Made by a program: the position numbers and the translations under genes | Assembly (NCBI GenBank): GCA_949286415.1 | Contig: CASEBV010000016.1 | Span: 12,967 to 76,966, forward strand | Origin: an uncultured Bacteroidales bacterium | GTDB lineage: Bacteria > Bacteroidota > Bacteroidia > Bacteroidales > UBA932 | Reading direction: 5' to 3' | DNA: 64,000 nt | Shown here: in pieces, positions 39,903 through 49,358 of the stretch | Layout: each line of letters begins with the position of its first letter | Numbering within the stretch: position 1 is the stretch's first letter | The notes under the pieces: generated by a model | What the model saw: the letters and a program-made list of their open reading frames with translations, nothing else | The model's database searches: none | Told to the model about the DNA's origin: nothing

Positions 39903-41015
39903 TGCCGGACATATCATGCAGAAAGCCTCGTAATGGCTCAAGACACTGTCGACATAGCTGACTGTCTCTTTCCCGTTGAATTTGCCGAATTTGAGCCCGT
40001 GCGCCCTGACGGTCTCGGGATTGCTCATCTCCGGGATGGCCTTTACTATCTCGTCCCATCTGGTGTCGTCAAGGCTGAGTGCTTTGGCAAATGTCCTGCA
40101 GTCTGCAATTCTGCCTTCTCCGGCATTGTAGGCGGCGAGTACGAATTTTATCTGTTCCTCCTGGCTGATGTCAGAATTTCTGAACATTCTCTGCAACCTG
40201 GCAAGGTGCGATGTCCCTGCCATTATGTTCTGCTCAGGATCAAGGAGGTCAGACACTTCATAGTGTTCTGCCGTTGACGGCATTACCTGCATGAGACCTG
40301 CGGCCCCTCTTGATGAGAACGAATTGATTGAAAACCGCGATTCCTGGTAGATTACTGCCGCAAGCATTCTCCAGTCCCATCCCATATTTGAGGCATATTT
40401 CTTTATGAGGGCGTCGTATGGACTTATTGTGCCGGTGCGCATCCCTTTTTCTGCCTTTGTATGAGGATTGTAGTATCTGTTGAACCTTGATTCAAGCCTG
40501 TCATATTCTTCTGAACTAGAGAAATGGCTGAGCCATAGGTTGATTTCCATGATATGGGACAGTTTCCCCGATTTCAGGGCCCATACTTTCCCGTCATACT
40601 CTCTTGAAAATGATATTCCGGATATTGAGGTGTCCTTATACGGGAGTACTACCATGTCAATGCTTCCTGTCCGGAGTGAGTCAAGGTAATCTTCAGTATT
40701 TCCCCGGGCCGGGACAATTGTCATCCTGCAGTTGTCTGTTTTCGCGAATTGTCTGAGCACTTCGTAAGACATGCCTGTTTCAAGGCTCTTTGAGTACATG
40801 TCATCCTCAAGTGCTATTGCACAGCGGATGGAGTCGCCTGAAAATGTGCCGCTTGTGTCCAGGGCATCCATAACGATGGCGCGCTGCTGGAATGTGGCAA
40901 TGCAGAAGATTGCCATTGTCGCAGTGATATATTTCAATACCACATTCTTTTTTGCATCTGCGGTCTTGCTGACCTTTTCATTTCTGACCTTTTTCTTGCA
41001 ATTTAAACTAACCAT
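39900..41015 (-). CDS. MltF-like lytic transglycosylase (solute-binding-like domain plus SLT domain)
   Basis: SLT catalytic region YQESRF...SSRGAAGLMQVMPSTA and AYNAGEGR. Confidence 0.85.
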   Translation of the reverse strand: MVSLNCKKKVRNEKVSKTADAKKNVVLKYITATMAIFCIATFQQRAIVMDALDTSGTFSGDSIRCAIALEDDMYSKSLETGMSYEVLRQFAKTDNCRMTIVPARGNTEDYLDSLRTGSIDMVVLPYKDTSISGISFSREYDGKVWALKSGKLSHIMEINLWLSHFSSSEEYDRLESRFNRYYNPHTKAEKGMRTGTISPYDALIKKYASNMGWDWRMLAAVIYQESRFSINSFSSRGAAGLMQVMPSTAEHYEVSDLLDPEQNIMAGTSHLARLQRMFRNSDISQEEQIKFVLAAYNAGEGRIADCRTFAKALSLDDTRWDEIVKAIPEMSNPETVRAHGLKFGKFNGKETVSYVDSVLSHYEAFCMICPA

Positions 41016-41026
41016 AATATTTTGTT

Positions 41027-43858
41027 TTAGCGCACGGTCCGGGTCGCCGTTGACATTCCGCCGCCCCCGAATCCGCCGAATCCGCCTAAGCCGGTTCCGG
41101 CATTGGACCGCCCTCCGTCACCCGACGTTGTCGATCCCCCTACGCTTGAATTCTTCTTTGACTGTACATAGAAAGGCCAGAATATCCCGAACTTGATGGC
41201 TCTCTGGGGTCTTATGTAACCGTCTGCGCTGAAATAATCAACCGCATTGTCCGGCCATCCCATTCCGAGATTCACGGCTTTCACGAATATGCATGCCCGC
41301 TTCCACTGAATATTGACGAAAACATCAATGTATGGGCTGTTGCCGTACAGTTCGTCATTCTGGTTGTGGAAAAGACCTGTGTCCGGACTGTAGGCAGGGG
41401 CATGCCACTTTGTCGTGAAAGTTGCATTTGCACCTATCTGCATCTGCATCACTTTCTTGACTACATCAAACTGTAAATAATATCTCAAATTGAGTGCCAG
41501 CATGGGCAGAGGCAGTACATTCTGGTTGGAAGACACCTGGAAGAGTGCCATATTGTCAAAATGCAGCTTCCAAAGCCTGAAATTCTTCATTGCATGGACT
41601 GTCATCACACTCATAGGTGTGCCATTTTGTCTTGCAATGCCCATGTTGTCATAGTATATGTTGTTGCCCAGCAGCGAATAACCGAATCCGGCATTGAATT
41701 TCCATCTCGGTATGTCGATGCCGGCCTGTACTTTTGTGACAGAAATCTTTCCGAAGTCATTGTCCCACCAGTGATGGTTGGTGTGCATGTGCTCCTGGTA
41801 ATAGTCCGGCTCGCGGAGCGAGGTCTCGAAATGGGCCTTCAGTGAGAGCGGGCTGTTCCTGTCCCGCCTGAACGGATAGAAATTGACGGATGCATTCGCG
41901 CTCACGAGGAAGTCATTGATTTCCGCCCCGAGGAAGGTATATCTTCCCATTGCGTCCCAGTTCAGGTATTTCTTGTACTGGCCCTGAGCTCCGGCGTACA
42001 GGTACACTGAGTTCCTTACAATGTTTTTCCCTTTCTTCAGGAAATCGTTGGTGGCAGTGATGTCGTAATAGTTAAGCAGCTTGTCTCCGAGACCTACATC
42101 AAGCTTTGAGACTATTCCCTGGTCGGACCATGGCTGCAGCCGCAGGTAGATTCTGTTTTCAAACTTCATTACCCGCATCGAGTCTGCCGAAGAAGTCGGG
42201 TTCATGTAGAAGCGGTTGTTGTAGAAGTTCCTGCCTGTTTCGTCCGAGGCTCCTATTTCGTCAGTGTAATATTTTGTAAAAGCAGAATATTCTGAACTGT
42301 GGCCTATGAAGGCGGTAGTCAGGGAGTTGTCTATTGAATCGGATGCCGCGGCCCTTGCCTGTTCCTCGGCGGCAGCCCTGTCTGCTTCTTCTTTCAGGAG
42401 ATTGGCTATGGCCGTGCTGTCACCTGTGGCATATATGCTGTCCCTTCTTGCCTGCTGCGCCTTTCTTTCCTTTCGCTTGCCTTTGCCGATGTTATATATG
42501 AAATCAAACGGAATCCTGTACGACTGGTCAAGGAAGATGGTGTTCTTCTTGATCTTGTTTCTCGCATCAGTCAGGTGGACATTGATTTCCCTGGCATCCA
42601 CGGTCGTGTCCCTGATCCACATGTTGTCCACTATTCCTCCGTTTTCACCTCTCTCAACCTTATTGTAGATATATCCGGCATGCATCAGGTATCTTTTCCC
42701 GAGATAGTTTGTCGCAGCCACGAATGTCCTGTTGTCGGTATCCTCGTTCTGGAGCATACCGTTTGATCCGAACCTGTGGTATTCCAGGGTCAGGTTCAGC
42801 TCCGGCAGGATATTCTGGGTCGTGAGTATCTTTATGTTCGTCTCTTCCTTTTCCGAATTGGCAAACAATGTCCCCCAGTAGGCCAGTTCGGTGTATGGGG
42901 TCTTGGTGTTGAACATCGGAAGGTTTTCCGGGGAGTAGTTGTATGTCCTGTACGGTGTGTAGAATATCGCGTTCTCCTCGTCTTCCCTCCTGAAGAAATT
43001 GTAGGTCTCCGCCGGAGAGCCTATGACTCCCAGATATGTCGCATTAACATCCGTCTTCATGAACGGGTAGTCGTTGAAGTGGTAGTTGTATGAAGTGTCC
43101 TGCGGCTGCAGGTTGACATTGTTGAAATATCTGTCATGCGTCCACATTATCAGTCTCTTGTACTGCATGGAATCCGGCACGGCATAAGTCTCCAGAATCC
43201 TCGGTGTGGCCGCAATTATGCTGTCCCTGCGTGCCCTGATGCTGTCCTTGGCATTCAGTATGCTGTCGGCCCTTGCCATCAGTTTCGGAAGCTCAAGCTC
43301 AGCAAGATACTTTTTCCTCTCCTTTCTTGACAGTGAATTGAACCATGCTATGGAGTCCCTGTATGCAGTCTCCGATGAGTCCTTGAAAATGAGAGAATCC
43401 AGCCTGTGCAGCTCGAGCGAGTCCCCTGCGGCCCTGAGTGAATCACGGGTGCTGAGCCTCGTGAGCGAATCCTTGAGCTCGACATAATATCTGTATCGGA
43501 GCGGGTCCGTCTCCCTGAGCGAGTCCGGGGCAAAGATTGTGTCCCTGGCCGTCAGCTGAGGAGTCAGCTCAAGAGCCGTTGAATCAGTTGCCGTTGAATC
43601 AGTTGTGACGGAATCAGATGCGGCGGAGCCAAGGGCAATGGAATCCATTGTCGCAGAGTCAATGATGAGGGAATCTGCCCCTGTTCCTGATATACTGTCG
43701 CGAAAATGAGAATATCCGGAAGAACCGGCCGCTCTCCCGGCGTCTATCCCGAAAGACTGGACTGCAGCCATCCCCACAAGTACGGCCGGAATCCATATTT
43801 TGGATATAACGCTTCTCATAAGAACCGACAAAGGTAGATACAAATTCTTAATTTTCAA
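41027..43858 (-). CDS. very large putative outer-membrane porin-like protein
   Basis: 943 aa. It has a signal peptide, then a low-complexity DS-rich N-terminal region. The long aromatic-rich body has alternating beta-strand character, and the tail is Gly-rich (GLGGFGGFGGGG). This resembles the Bacteroidota 'putative porin' family as I recall it. Confidence 0.55.
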   Translation of the reverse strand: MKIKNLYLPLSVLMRSVISKIWIPAVLVGMAAVQSFGIDAGRAAGSSGYSHFRDSISGTGADSLIIDSATMDSIALGSAASDSVTTDSTATDSTALELTPQLTARDTIFAPDSLRETDPLRYRYYVELKDSLTRLSTRDSLRAAGDSLELHRLDSLIFKDSSETAYRDSIAWFNSLSRKERKKYLAELELPKLMARADSILNAKDSIRARRDSIIAATPRILETYAVPDSMQYKRLIMWTHDRYFNNVNLQPQDTSYNYHFNDYPFMKTDVNATYLGVIGSPAETYNFFRREDEENAIFYTPYRTYNYSPENLPMFNTKTPYTELAYWGTLFANSEKEETNIKILTTQNILPELNLTLEYHRFGSNGMLQNEDTDNRTFVAATNYLGKRYLMHAGYIYNKVERGENGGIVDNMWIRDTTVDAREINVHLTDARNKIKKNTIFLDQSYRIPFDFIYNIGKGKRKERKAQQARRDSIYATGDSTAIANLLKEEADRAAAEEQARAAASDSIDNSLTTAFIGHSSEYSAFTKYYTDEIGASDETGRNFYNNRFYMNPTSSADSMRVMKFENRIYLRLQPWSDQGIVSKLDVGLGDKLLNYYDITATNDFLKKGKNIVRNSVYLYAGAQGQYKKYLNWDAMGRYTFLGAEINDFLVSANASVNFYPFRRDRNSPLSLKAHFETSLREPDYYQEHMHTNHHWWDNDFGKISVTKVQAGIDIPRWKFNAGFGYSLLGNNIYYDNMGIARQNGTPMSVMTVHAMKNFRLWKLHFDNMALFQVSSNQNVLPLPMLALNLRYYLQFDVVKKVMQMQIGANATFTTKWHAPAYSPDTGLFHNQNDELYGNSPYIDVFVNIQWKRACIFVKAVNLGMGWPDNAVDYFSADGYIRPQRAIKFGIFWPFYVQSKKNSSVGGSTTSGDGGRSNAGTGLGGFGGFGGGGMSTATRTVR

Positions 43859-43936
43859 AACCCATGGATTTCGGGACGGAAAAGGTTAAAATGTCGGGTT
43901 CTGTCGCGGCCGGTGGATATGTGCCGAGAGTCGAAA

Positions 43937-44533
43937 TTATTTTTCCACCGAAATACCTTCCTCTGCCATTTCCTTCAGCGCTTTCTTATGGCCTTCGTCA
44001 TCGACCCAGGCGAGGGCGGGGGAGAGCAGATGCACTTTCATGCCGGTACGGAGGATGTCCTCGCAGGTGAAGCGGACGCAGTATTCGGTTGCGATGCCGC
44101 ATACATATACATCGGTAGTGTCCAGCAGGGAGAGTATTTCTCCGAGCGACTGGCCGGCGCTGTTCATGGCTTCAAAGCCTGAATACTGCTCAACTGCAGG
44201 GTCGCAGCCTTTGTAGAAAGTCAGCTCTTCTCTTGCATACGGCTTCAGACTCTCATGGATGTCACCCCCGTGAGTACCCTGTACGCAGTGGGCGGGCCAG
44301 ATGCCTCCGAATTCCTTGAATGAACTGTGGTCGGCAGGGTGATGGTCGCAGACAAAGAGAATGGGGAAAGTGTCCAGGATTTCTTCCCCGGAGTCCCCCT
44401 CCTGACTTCCCGTGAGCCTGTCAATTGCCTTGACTGCCTCATTGACTGCATTTTCTGAATTTTTGCATGCCATAGACCCGTCGATGAAGTCATAGAGCAT
44501 GTCGACGACTACCAGTGCTGAATTTTTCATCAT
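43937..44533 (-). CDS. pncA: nicotinamidase / isochorismatase-family hydrolase
   Basis: 198 aa. ALVVVDM..DF motif and a catalytic Cys context (VCGIATEYCV). ATGA overlap with pncB. Confidence 0.8.
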   Translation of the reverse strand: MMKNSALVVVDMLYDFIDGSMACKNSENAVNEAVKAIDRLTGSQEGDSGEEILDTFPILFVCDHHPADHSSFKEFGGIWPAHCVQGTHGGDIHESLKPYAREELTFYKGCDPAVEQYSGFEAMNSAGQSLGEILSLLDTTDVYVCGIATEYCVRFTCEDILRTGMKVHLLSPALAWVDDEGHKKALKEMAEEGISVEK

Positions 44534-46017
44534 TTGAGATTGAAATCGTTAATTTCTTTTGTGAGCCGGTTGATTATGTCCATCTTGAGGTCGTATAGAG
44601 AATCGGAGATGTCAACCTTGTAGTAATGAGGGTTGATGAGCCGCTTCTCGCTCGGACTGAAGTGCCTGAGTGTATTGTCATAGTAGGCTTTCTTCTCGGC
44701 GAGGGTGTGTACGGAGACACATCTTTCCCCGTTGCTGATTACCTTGTGCTGCAGCGGTTTGGAGGTGTAGTCGCCGGCTTCGAAAGTCTTGAACTTGTAT
44801 CTGTCGTTCTCGTCATAGATGGTGAATGTCTCTCCGTTTTCTATCTTTGAGGAAAGTTCGTCGCCCCTGAGGCAGGTGACGTCAGCCTTGAATACTTCCC
44901 CTTTGTCGGGGTCGTTCCTCGTGATTCTGTATGTGATCTGGAATCCCGGGTTGATGAGCTTGGCCTTGTCTTCGGAGCGCTTGAGGACCGGCTGGTCGTC
45001 TATCTGCACGAGCTTGTACACATTGCCGAAGCACGGGTTGGCCTTGCTGGTCGCAATCGCGTCACCGACCCCGTATGAGTCTATGCAGGCGCCCTGTCTC
45101 TCAAGATCTGAGATGAGGTATTCGTCAAGGGAATTGGTCGCGAAAATCCGGCAGTTGCGGAAGCCGTTTTCGTCAAGAATTTTACGGCATTCGCAGGACA
45201 GGTATGCAAGGTCTCCGCTGTCAAGGCGGATTCCGTAGCCTGCCTGGTATGAATCGTCTATGCCGTTGGCCCGGAAGGCACGCATGGCATTCAGTATGCC
45301 GCAGCGCAGCGAATCGTAAGTGTCGATGAGCATTATGAGCGGCTCTCCCTGATGTGACCTTATGTAGGAGTCGAATGCGTGGAATTCCCCTTCGACTGAG
45401 CATCCGAAGGATGTCACATAGCTGTGTGCCATGGTGCCGGTGGAGCCGTAGTCATACATTACGCCGGTGAGGATGTTGGATGTGTTGCTGCATCCCGCTA
45501 TGATGGCGGCCTTTGCCCCGTAGGTCGCCGCCCATGGCCCGTGGGCCCGTCTGGAACCGAACTCGCTGACAGGCCTGTTGGTGGCGCGGCAGACTCTCGA
45601 AGCCTTTGTGGCCACAGCCATCTGGTGGTTCATAATGCAGAGAATTGGGGTCTCAAGTACTTGGGCTTCAATCATCGGTCCTTCTACAATGATGACGGGC
45701 TGGGACGGGAACACTATCTCTCCTTCCCTCATCGCATATATGTTTCCTGTGAATTTCATTGTAGAAAGGTATTTCCTGAATTCGGCATATTCAGGGCCAG
45801 GAAGGAATTTTTCATAGAAATCCTCAGGCATTTTCCCGAGATTTCCGACCATTTCAATCACTTCGTCCACGCCGCTCACGACAGCCCAGTTGTTGTTTTC
45901 CGGAGCCTTGCGGTAGAACATGTTGAAAATTGCGGTCTTGTCCTTCATGCCGCAGTCATAGAATGACTTTCCCATCGTGTACTGGTACTTGTCCGAGCAA
46001 TAAGCCGTATTCATCAT
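44530..46017 (-). CDS. pncB: nicotinate phosphoribosyltransferase
   Basis: Start at the ATG at 46017/46014 (MMNTAYCSDKYQ). GTMAHS motif and overall NAPRTase-like sequence. Confidence 0.88.
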   Translation of the reverse strand: MMNTAYCSDKYQYTMGKSFYDCGMKDKTAIFNMFYRKAPENNNWAVVSGVDEVIEMVGNLGKMPEDFYEKFLPGPEYAEFRKYLSTMKFTGNIYAMREGEIVFPSQPVIIVEGPMIEAQVLETPILCIMNHQMAVATKASRVCRATNRPVSEFGSRRAHGPWAATYGAKAAIIAGCSNTSNILTGVMYDYGSTGTMAHSYVTSFGCSVEGEFHAFDSYIRSHQGEPLIMLIDTYDSLRCGILNAMRAFRANGIDDSYQAGYGIRLDSGDLAYLSCECRKILDENGFRNCRIFATNSLDEYLISDLERQGACIDSYGVGDAIATSKANPCFGNVYKLVQIDDQPVLKRSEDKAKLINPGFQITYRITRNDPDKGEVFKADVTCLRGDELSSKIENGETFTIYDENDRYKFKTFEAGDYTSKPLQHKVISNGERCVSVHTLAEKKAYYDNTLRHFSPSEKRLINPHYYKVDISDSLYDLKMDIINRLTKEINDFNLK

Positions 46018-46060
46018 AGGTATCCCAAGTATATTAATGGTATGACCAAGTATAATTGTG

Positions 46061-46068
46061 CAAATGTA
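46061..46068 (-). promoter_or_regulatory. candidate -7 box (TACATTTG on the minus strand) for pncB-pncA
   Basis: The plus strand reads CAAATGTA, the reverse complement of TAnnTTTG. It lies 43 nt upstream of the ATG. Confidence 0.45.
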
Positions 46069-46080
46069 CTCTTTTCTTTG

Positions 46081-46088
46081 TAATTTTG
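46081..46088 (+). promoter_or_regulatory. candidate -7 box TAATTTTG for the AmgK-like/MurU-like operon
   Basis: Matches TAnnTTTG, 40 nt upstream of the ATG at 46129. Confidence 0.45.
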
Positions 46089-46128
46089 TCATCCGGTCAT
46101 CATAATATTTGTCATTCAACAGTGTCTG

Positions 46129-47589
46129 ATGGAACTCGAGAACCTTTTTGAAAAATACACCGGCTGCAGGCCGGAAGAGACATCCCTTCTGTCGGCGTCA
46201 GGGAGCAACAGGAAATATTGGCGGCTGACAGGCGGCGGCTGTTCCCTTATTGGTGCGGAAGGCACTGATGCCCGCGAGAACAGGGCTTTTGTGGCGCTTT
46301 CGGAACATTTCCGCGGCAAAGGCGTCAATGTCCCCGAAGTCCTTGCCGTCAGTGACGACGGCATGGCTTATCTTCAGGAAGACCTCGGAAGAGAGTCTCT
46401 TTATGATGCAGTCGCATCAGGGCGGCAAACGGGGGAATATTCAGAGAAGGAGATGGCTCTTCTGACAAAGGTCATTTCTCAGTTGCCGGACATCCAGTTC
46501 CTCGGGGCAGAAGGTCTGGACTTCAATGTCTGCTGGCCGGAACCGGAGTTCGGACGAAGGCTTGTGACGGCTGACCTGAACTATTTCAAATACTGTTTCC
46601 TGAAGACGACTGGAGTCAGTTTCAATGAAGTGAGGCTTGAGGATGATTTTTCCCGCCTTGCCTCGGAACTGCTTTCTGAAAATCAGACGGCCTTCATGTA
46701 CAGGGATTTCCAGGCAAGGAATGTGATGCTTAAGGACGGAATGCCATATTTTATTGATTTCCAAGGCGGGATGCGAGGCCCTATCTATTATGACTTGGCT
46801 TCGTTCGTATGGCAGGCGAGGGCGGGCTATCCGGATGAATTTCGCCGCAGCCTCGTCGATGCCTATATGGGAGCCCTCGGGAAATATGTGCCTGTGGATG
46901 CAAAAGCTTTCAATAAAAGGCTGGGGCTGTTCGTGCTTTTCCGGACTCTGCAGGTGCTCGGGGCATACGGGTTCAGGGGAAAGTTTGAAAGAAAGCCGCA
47001 TTTTCTGGAAAGCATTCCGTATGCCATAGCCAATCTCAGGTCTGTCCTTGACTGTGTGCCTGAAGGATGCGGATATCTCCGGTCTGTACTTGAATCAGTT
47101 GCGCTGCTTCCGCAGGATGGCAGGCCTGAGGCTGCCGGTACTGCGGCACAGGAACGGCAACGGCAGCCCGTCCAGCCGTCTGAAGCCGGACTGGAGGTGC
47201 TTGTCACAAGTTTCTCTTTCAGGAAGGGATTGCCGGAAGACCCTTCAGACAATGGAGGCGGCTATGTCTTTGACTGCCGTGCGCTGCCGAATCCCGGTAA
47301 ATACGAATATTACCGCCAGTTCACCGGAATGGACCGTGAAGTGGAGGATTTCTTCATTGACAAGCCGGAGATGCCGCACTTTCTGGAATCTGTGTTCAGT
47401 CTGGCTGATGCACATGTCCGCAGGTTTCTTGACAGGGGCTTTACGCATATGATGATTTCTTTCGGATGCACTGGCGGCCAGCACCGCTCTGTATATTGTG
47501 CCGAGAGGACCGCCCGGCATCTGGCGCAGGAATTCGGCGTCAGAGTCAGGCTCGTGCACCGCGAGCAGAATGTCACGAAGATTTATTGA
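46129..47589 (+). CDS. fusion protein: AmgK-like anomeric amino-sugar kinase (APH fold) plus a RapZ C-terminal-like domain
   Basis: N-terminal half: YRDFQARNVML....YFIDFQGG (nt 46699-46770) matches the HRDxxxRN...IDFQ catalytic pattern of AmgK-type kinases. C-terminal third (about 47191-47586): VLVTSFSFRKG.P......GGYVFDCRALPNP...FGCTGGQHRSVY matches the RapZ/YvcJ C-terminal domain signature. Confidence 0.7.
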   Translation: MELENLFEKYTGCRPEETSLLSASGSNRKYWRLTGGGCSLIGAEGTDARENRAFVALSEHFRGKGVNVPEVLAVSDDGMAYLQEDLGRESLYDAVASGRQTGEYSEKEMALLTKVISQLPDIQFLGAEGLDFNVCWPEPEFGRRLVTADLNYFKYCFLKTTGVSFNEVRLEDDFSRLASELLSENQTAFMYRDFQARNVMLKDGMPYFIDFQGGMRGPIYYDLASFVWQARAGYPDEFRRSLVDAYMGALGKYVPVDAKAFNKRLGLFVLFRTLQVLGAYGFRGKFERKPHFLESIPYAIANLRSVLDCVPEGCGYLRSVLESVALLPQDGRPEAAGTAAQERQRQPVQPSEAGLEVLVTSFSFRKGLPEDPSDNGGGYVFDCRALPNPGKYEYYRQFTGMDREVEDFFIDKPEMPHFLESVFSLADAHVRRFLDRGFTHMMISFGCTGGQHRSVYCAERTARHLAQEFGVRVRLVHREQNVTKIY

Positions 47590-47597
47590 GTGGAACA

Positions 47598-48395
47598 ATG
47601 AAGGCAATGATTTTTGCAGCAGGCCTCGGAACGAGGCTCAGGCCGTTGACGGACACCCTTCCGAAGGCTCTTGTGCCTTTGTGCGGGAAGCCGCTTCTGT
47701 ATCATGTGATGCAAAAGCTCATTTCATCAGGCTTTGACGACATTGTGATAAATGTTCACCATTTCGCCGACAAGATAGAGGATTATCTGAAGTCGGAGAA
47801 TGATTTCGGTGTCAGACTGTCTGTCTCTGACGAAAGGGATTTGCTGAGGGACACCGGAGGAGGCCTCATGCATGCAAGAAGATATCTCGAGGCGCCGGAG
47901 ACGGGTTTCCTTGTGCACAATGTGGATATAATCTCCGACGCCGACCTCGGGGCCTTTGTCGCAGGCTGCAGGCCGGACGCTCTTGCTACCTTGCTCGTAA
48001 GCGACAGGAAGACATCAAGATACCTCCTGTTCAATGACGACATGCGTCTTGTCGGCTGGACCAATGTCTCCACCGGCGAAGTCCGCACTCCGTTTCCCGG
48101 GCTCGATGTCCGCTCTTGCCGGCATCTTGCTTTCTCCGGGATACATTATGTGTCATCGGACATTTTCCGGCAAATTGACAGAATGAATTCAGAGTCTGAA
48201 ACTTCCGGGAAAGGCCGGGCATTCGGGGAATGTTTCCCTATAATGGATTTTTATCTTCGTGCGGCTGCCGCCTGTCCGATTTATGGCAGAAAAATAAAAG
48301 GACTGCATATCGCCGATGTCGGCAAGGTGCAGTCCCTTCATGAAATTGAATCTGTTCTGAAGACGGGCCGGCCTGATTGTCCTGGGGCTGTATAA
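47598..48395 (+). CDS. murU: MurU-like sugar-1-phosphate nucleotidyltransferase (N-acetylmuramate alpha-1-phosphate uridylyltransferase-like)
   Basis: ATG at 47598. MKAMIFAAGLGTRLRPLTDTLPKALVP..GKPLL closely resembles the MurU N-terminus. It is adjacent to the AmgK-like gene. Confidence 0.7.
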   Translation: MKAMIFAAGLGTRLRPLTDTLPKALVPLCGKPLLYHVMQKLISSGFDDIVINVHHFADKIEDYLKSENDFGVRLSVSDERDLLRDTGGGLMHARRYLEAPETGFLVHNVDIISDADLGAFVAGCRPDALATLLVSDRKTSRYLLFNDDMRLVGWTNVSTGEVRTPFPGLDVRSCRHLAFSGIHYVSSDIFRQIDRMNSESETSGKGRAFGECFPIMDFYLRAAAACPIYGRKIKGLHIADVGKVQSLHEIESVLKTGRPDCPGAV

Positions 48396-48396
48396 A

Positions 48397-49326
48397 TTAT
48401 TGCTTCCTGTCTCCGGATGCCGCAAGGTCTTCAACGGATATGACATCGATGTTGCCTTCCGGTGATTTCATCGGGATGTTCTTCCAGACAATGTCCACGA
48501 AGAGCACTATGATTACCAGACTCGCAGCCAGCAGTGAAATGTACTGCCACCTGTCCATAATCTGGAACATGAAGTCAACATCCCTCAGGCTGTCAATCTG
48601 CCCTGCAATCACTGCAAATGTGTTGTTTACGCAGTGCATCAGCATCGTCAGCTTGAGCGACCCCGTCTTGTAGTACACATATGCGAAGAGCATTCCGAGA
48701 ACAAATGCAGGGATTCCCTGCCATGGATTCAGATGAATCAGGGCAAAGCAGAACGATGATATCACCATTGCCCATACAGGATGCATTTTCTGGAGGAGAC
48801 CTCTCAGTATCATGCCTCTGCACAGCCACTCCTCAAAGAACGGAGCCATTACTGATACGGACAGCAATGATACCCATACGGGGCCGTCAGACACCATATT
48901 CTCCATGACTTTCTCAAGGCTTTCCGGCATCTTCGGCAGCGCCGCATTGACCGGATCCATCAGGAATCCCACCGCAAGCGTGGCGACCGAGACCATTATG
49001 GCCATGAGCCATCCGCCGGCCTTCCCGAAATTGTTGCTGTCCAGCGCATATCCCGTATCGAAGAGTTCATTCCTCCGGCTCATGAACGAGGCGTAGGCCA
49101 TCGGCGGGATGAACATGACAGGATATGCAAGAAGCTGTCCGTAGGTCATGGCAGCATCATTGCCGAAAAACAACTGGAACAGCATTACGACTGCGCTTCC
49201 CATGAGAGTCCCCGCCAGAAGCAGGAGTATCAGGCCGGCAGTCCCCATTATCCCGGGAACATAGTGGGAATAACCTGAAAACAGGTCGTATGATTTCTTT
49301 CTGGTCTTCTGAAAAAATGTTGACAT
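48397..49326 (-). CDS. CPBP-family intramembrane glutamic endopeptidase (CAAX protease-like)
   Basis: Polytopic membrane protein with the EExxxR (FFEEWLCRG) and FxxxH (FALIHLN) motifs. Confidence 0.8.
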   Translation of the reverse strand: MSTFFQKTRKKSYDLFSGYSHYVPGIMGTAGLILLLLAGTLMGSAVVMLFQLFFGNDAAMTYGQLLAYPVMFIPPMAYASFMSRRNELFDTGYALDSNNFGKAGGWLMAIMVSVATLAVGFLMDPVNAALPKMPESLEKVMENMVSDGPVWVSLLSVSVMAPFFEEWLCRGMILRGLLQKMHPVWAMVISSFCFALIHLNPWQGIPAFVLGMLFAYVYYKTGSLKLTMLMHCVNNTFAVIAGQIDSLRDVDFMFQIMDRWQYISLLAASLVIIVLFVDIVWKNIPMKSPEGNIDVISVEDLAASGDRKQ

Positions 49327-49358
49327 AAAATTATGTTAATTGCCGTACTGGTTTCTCA

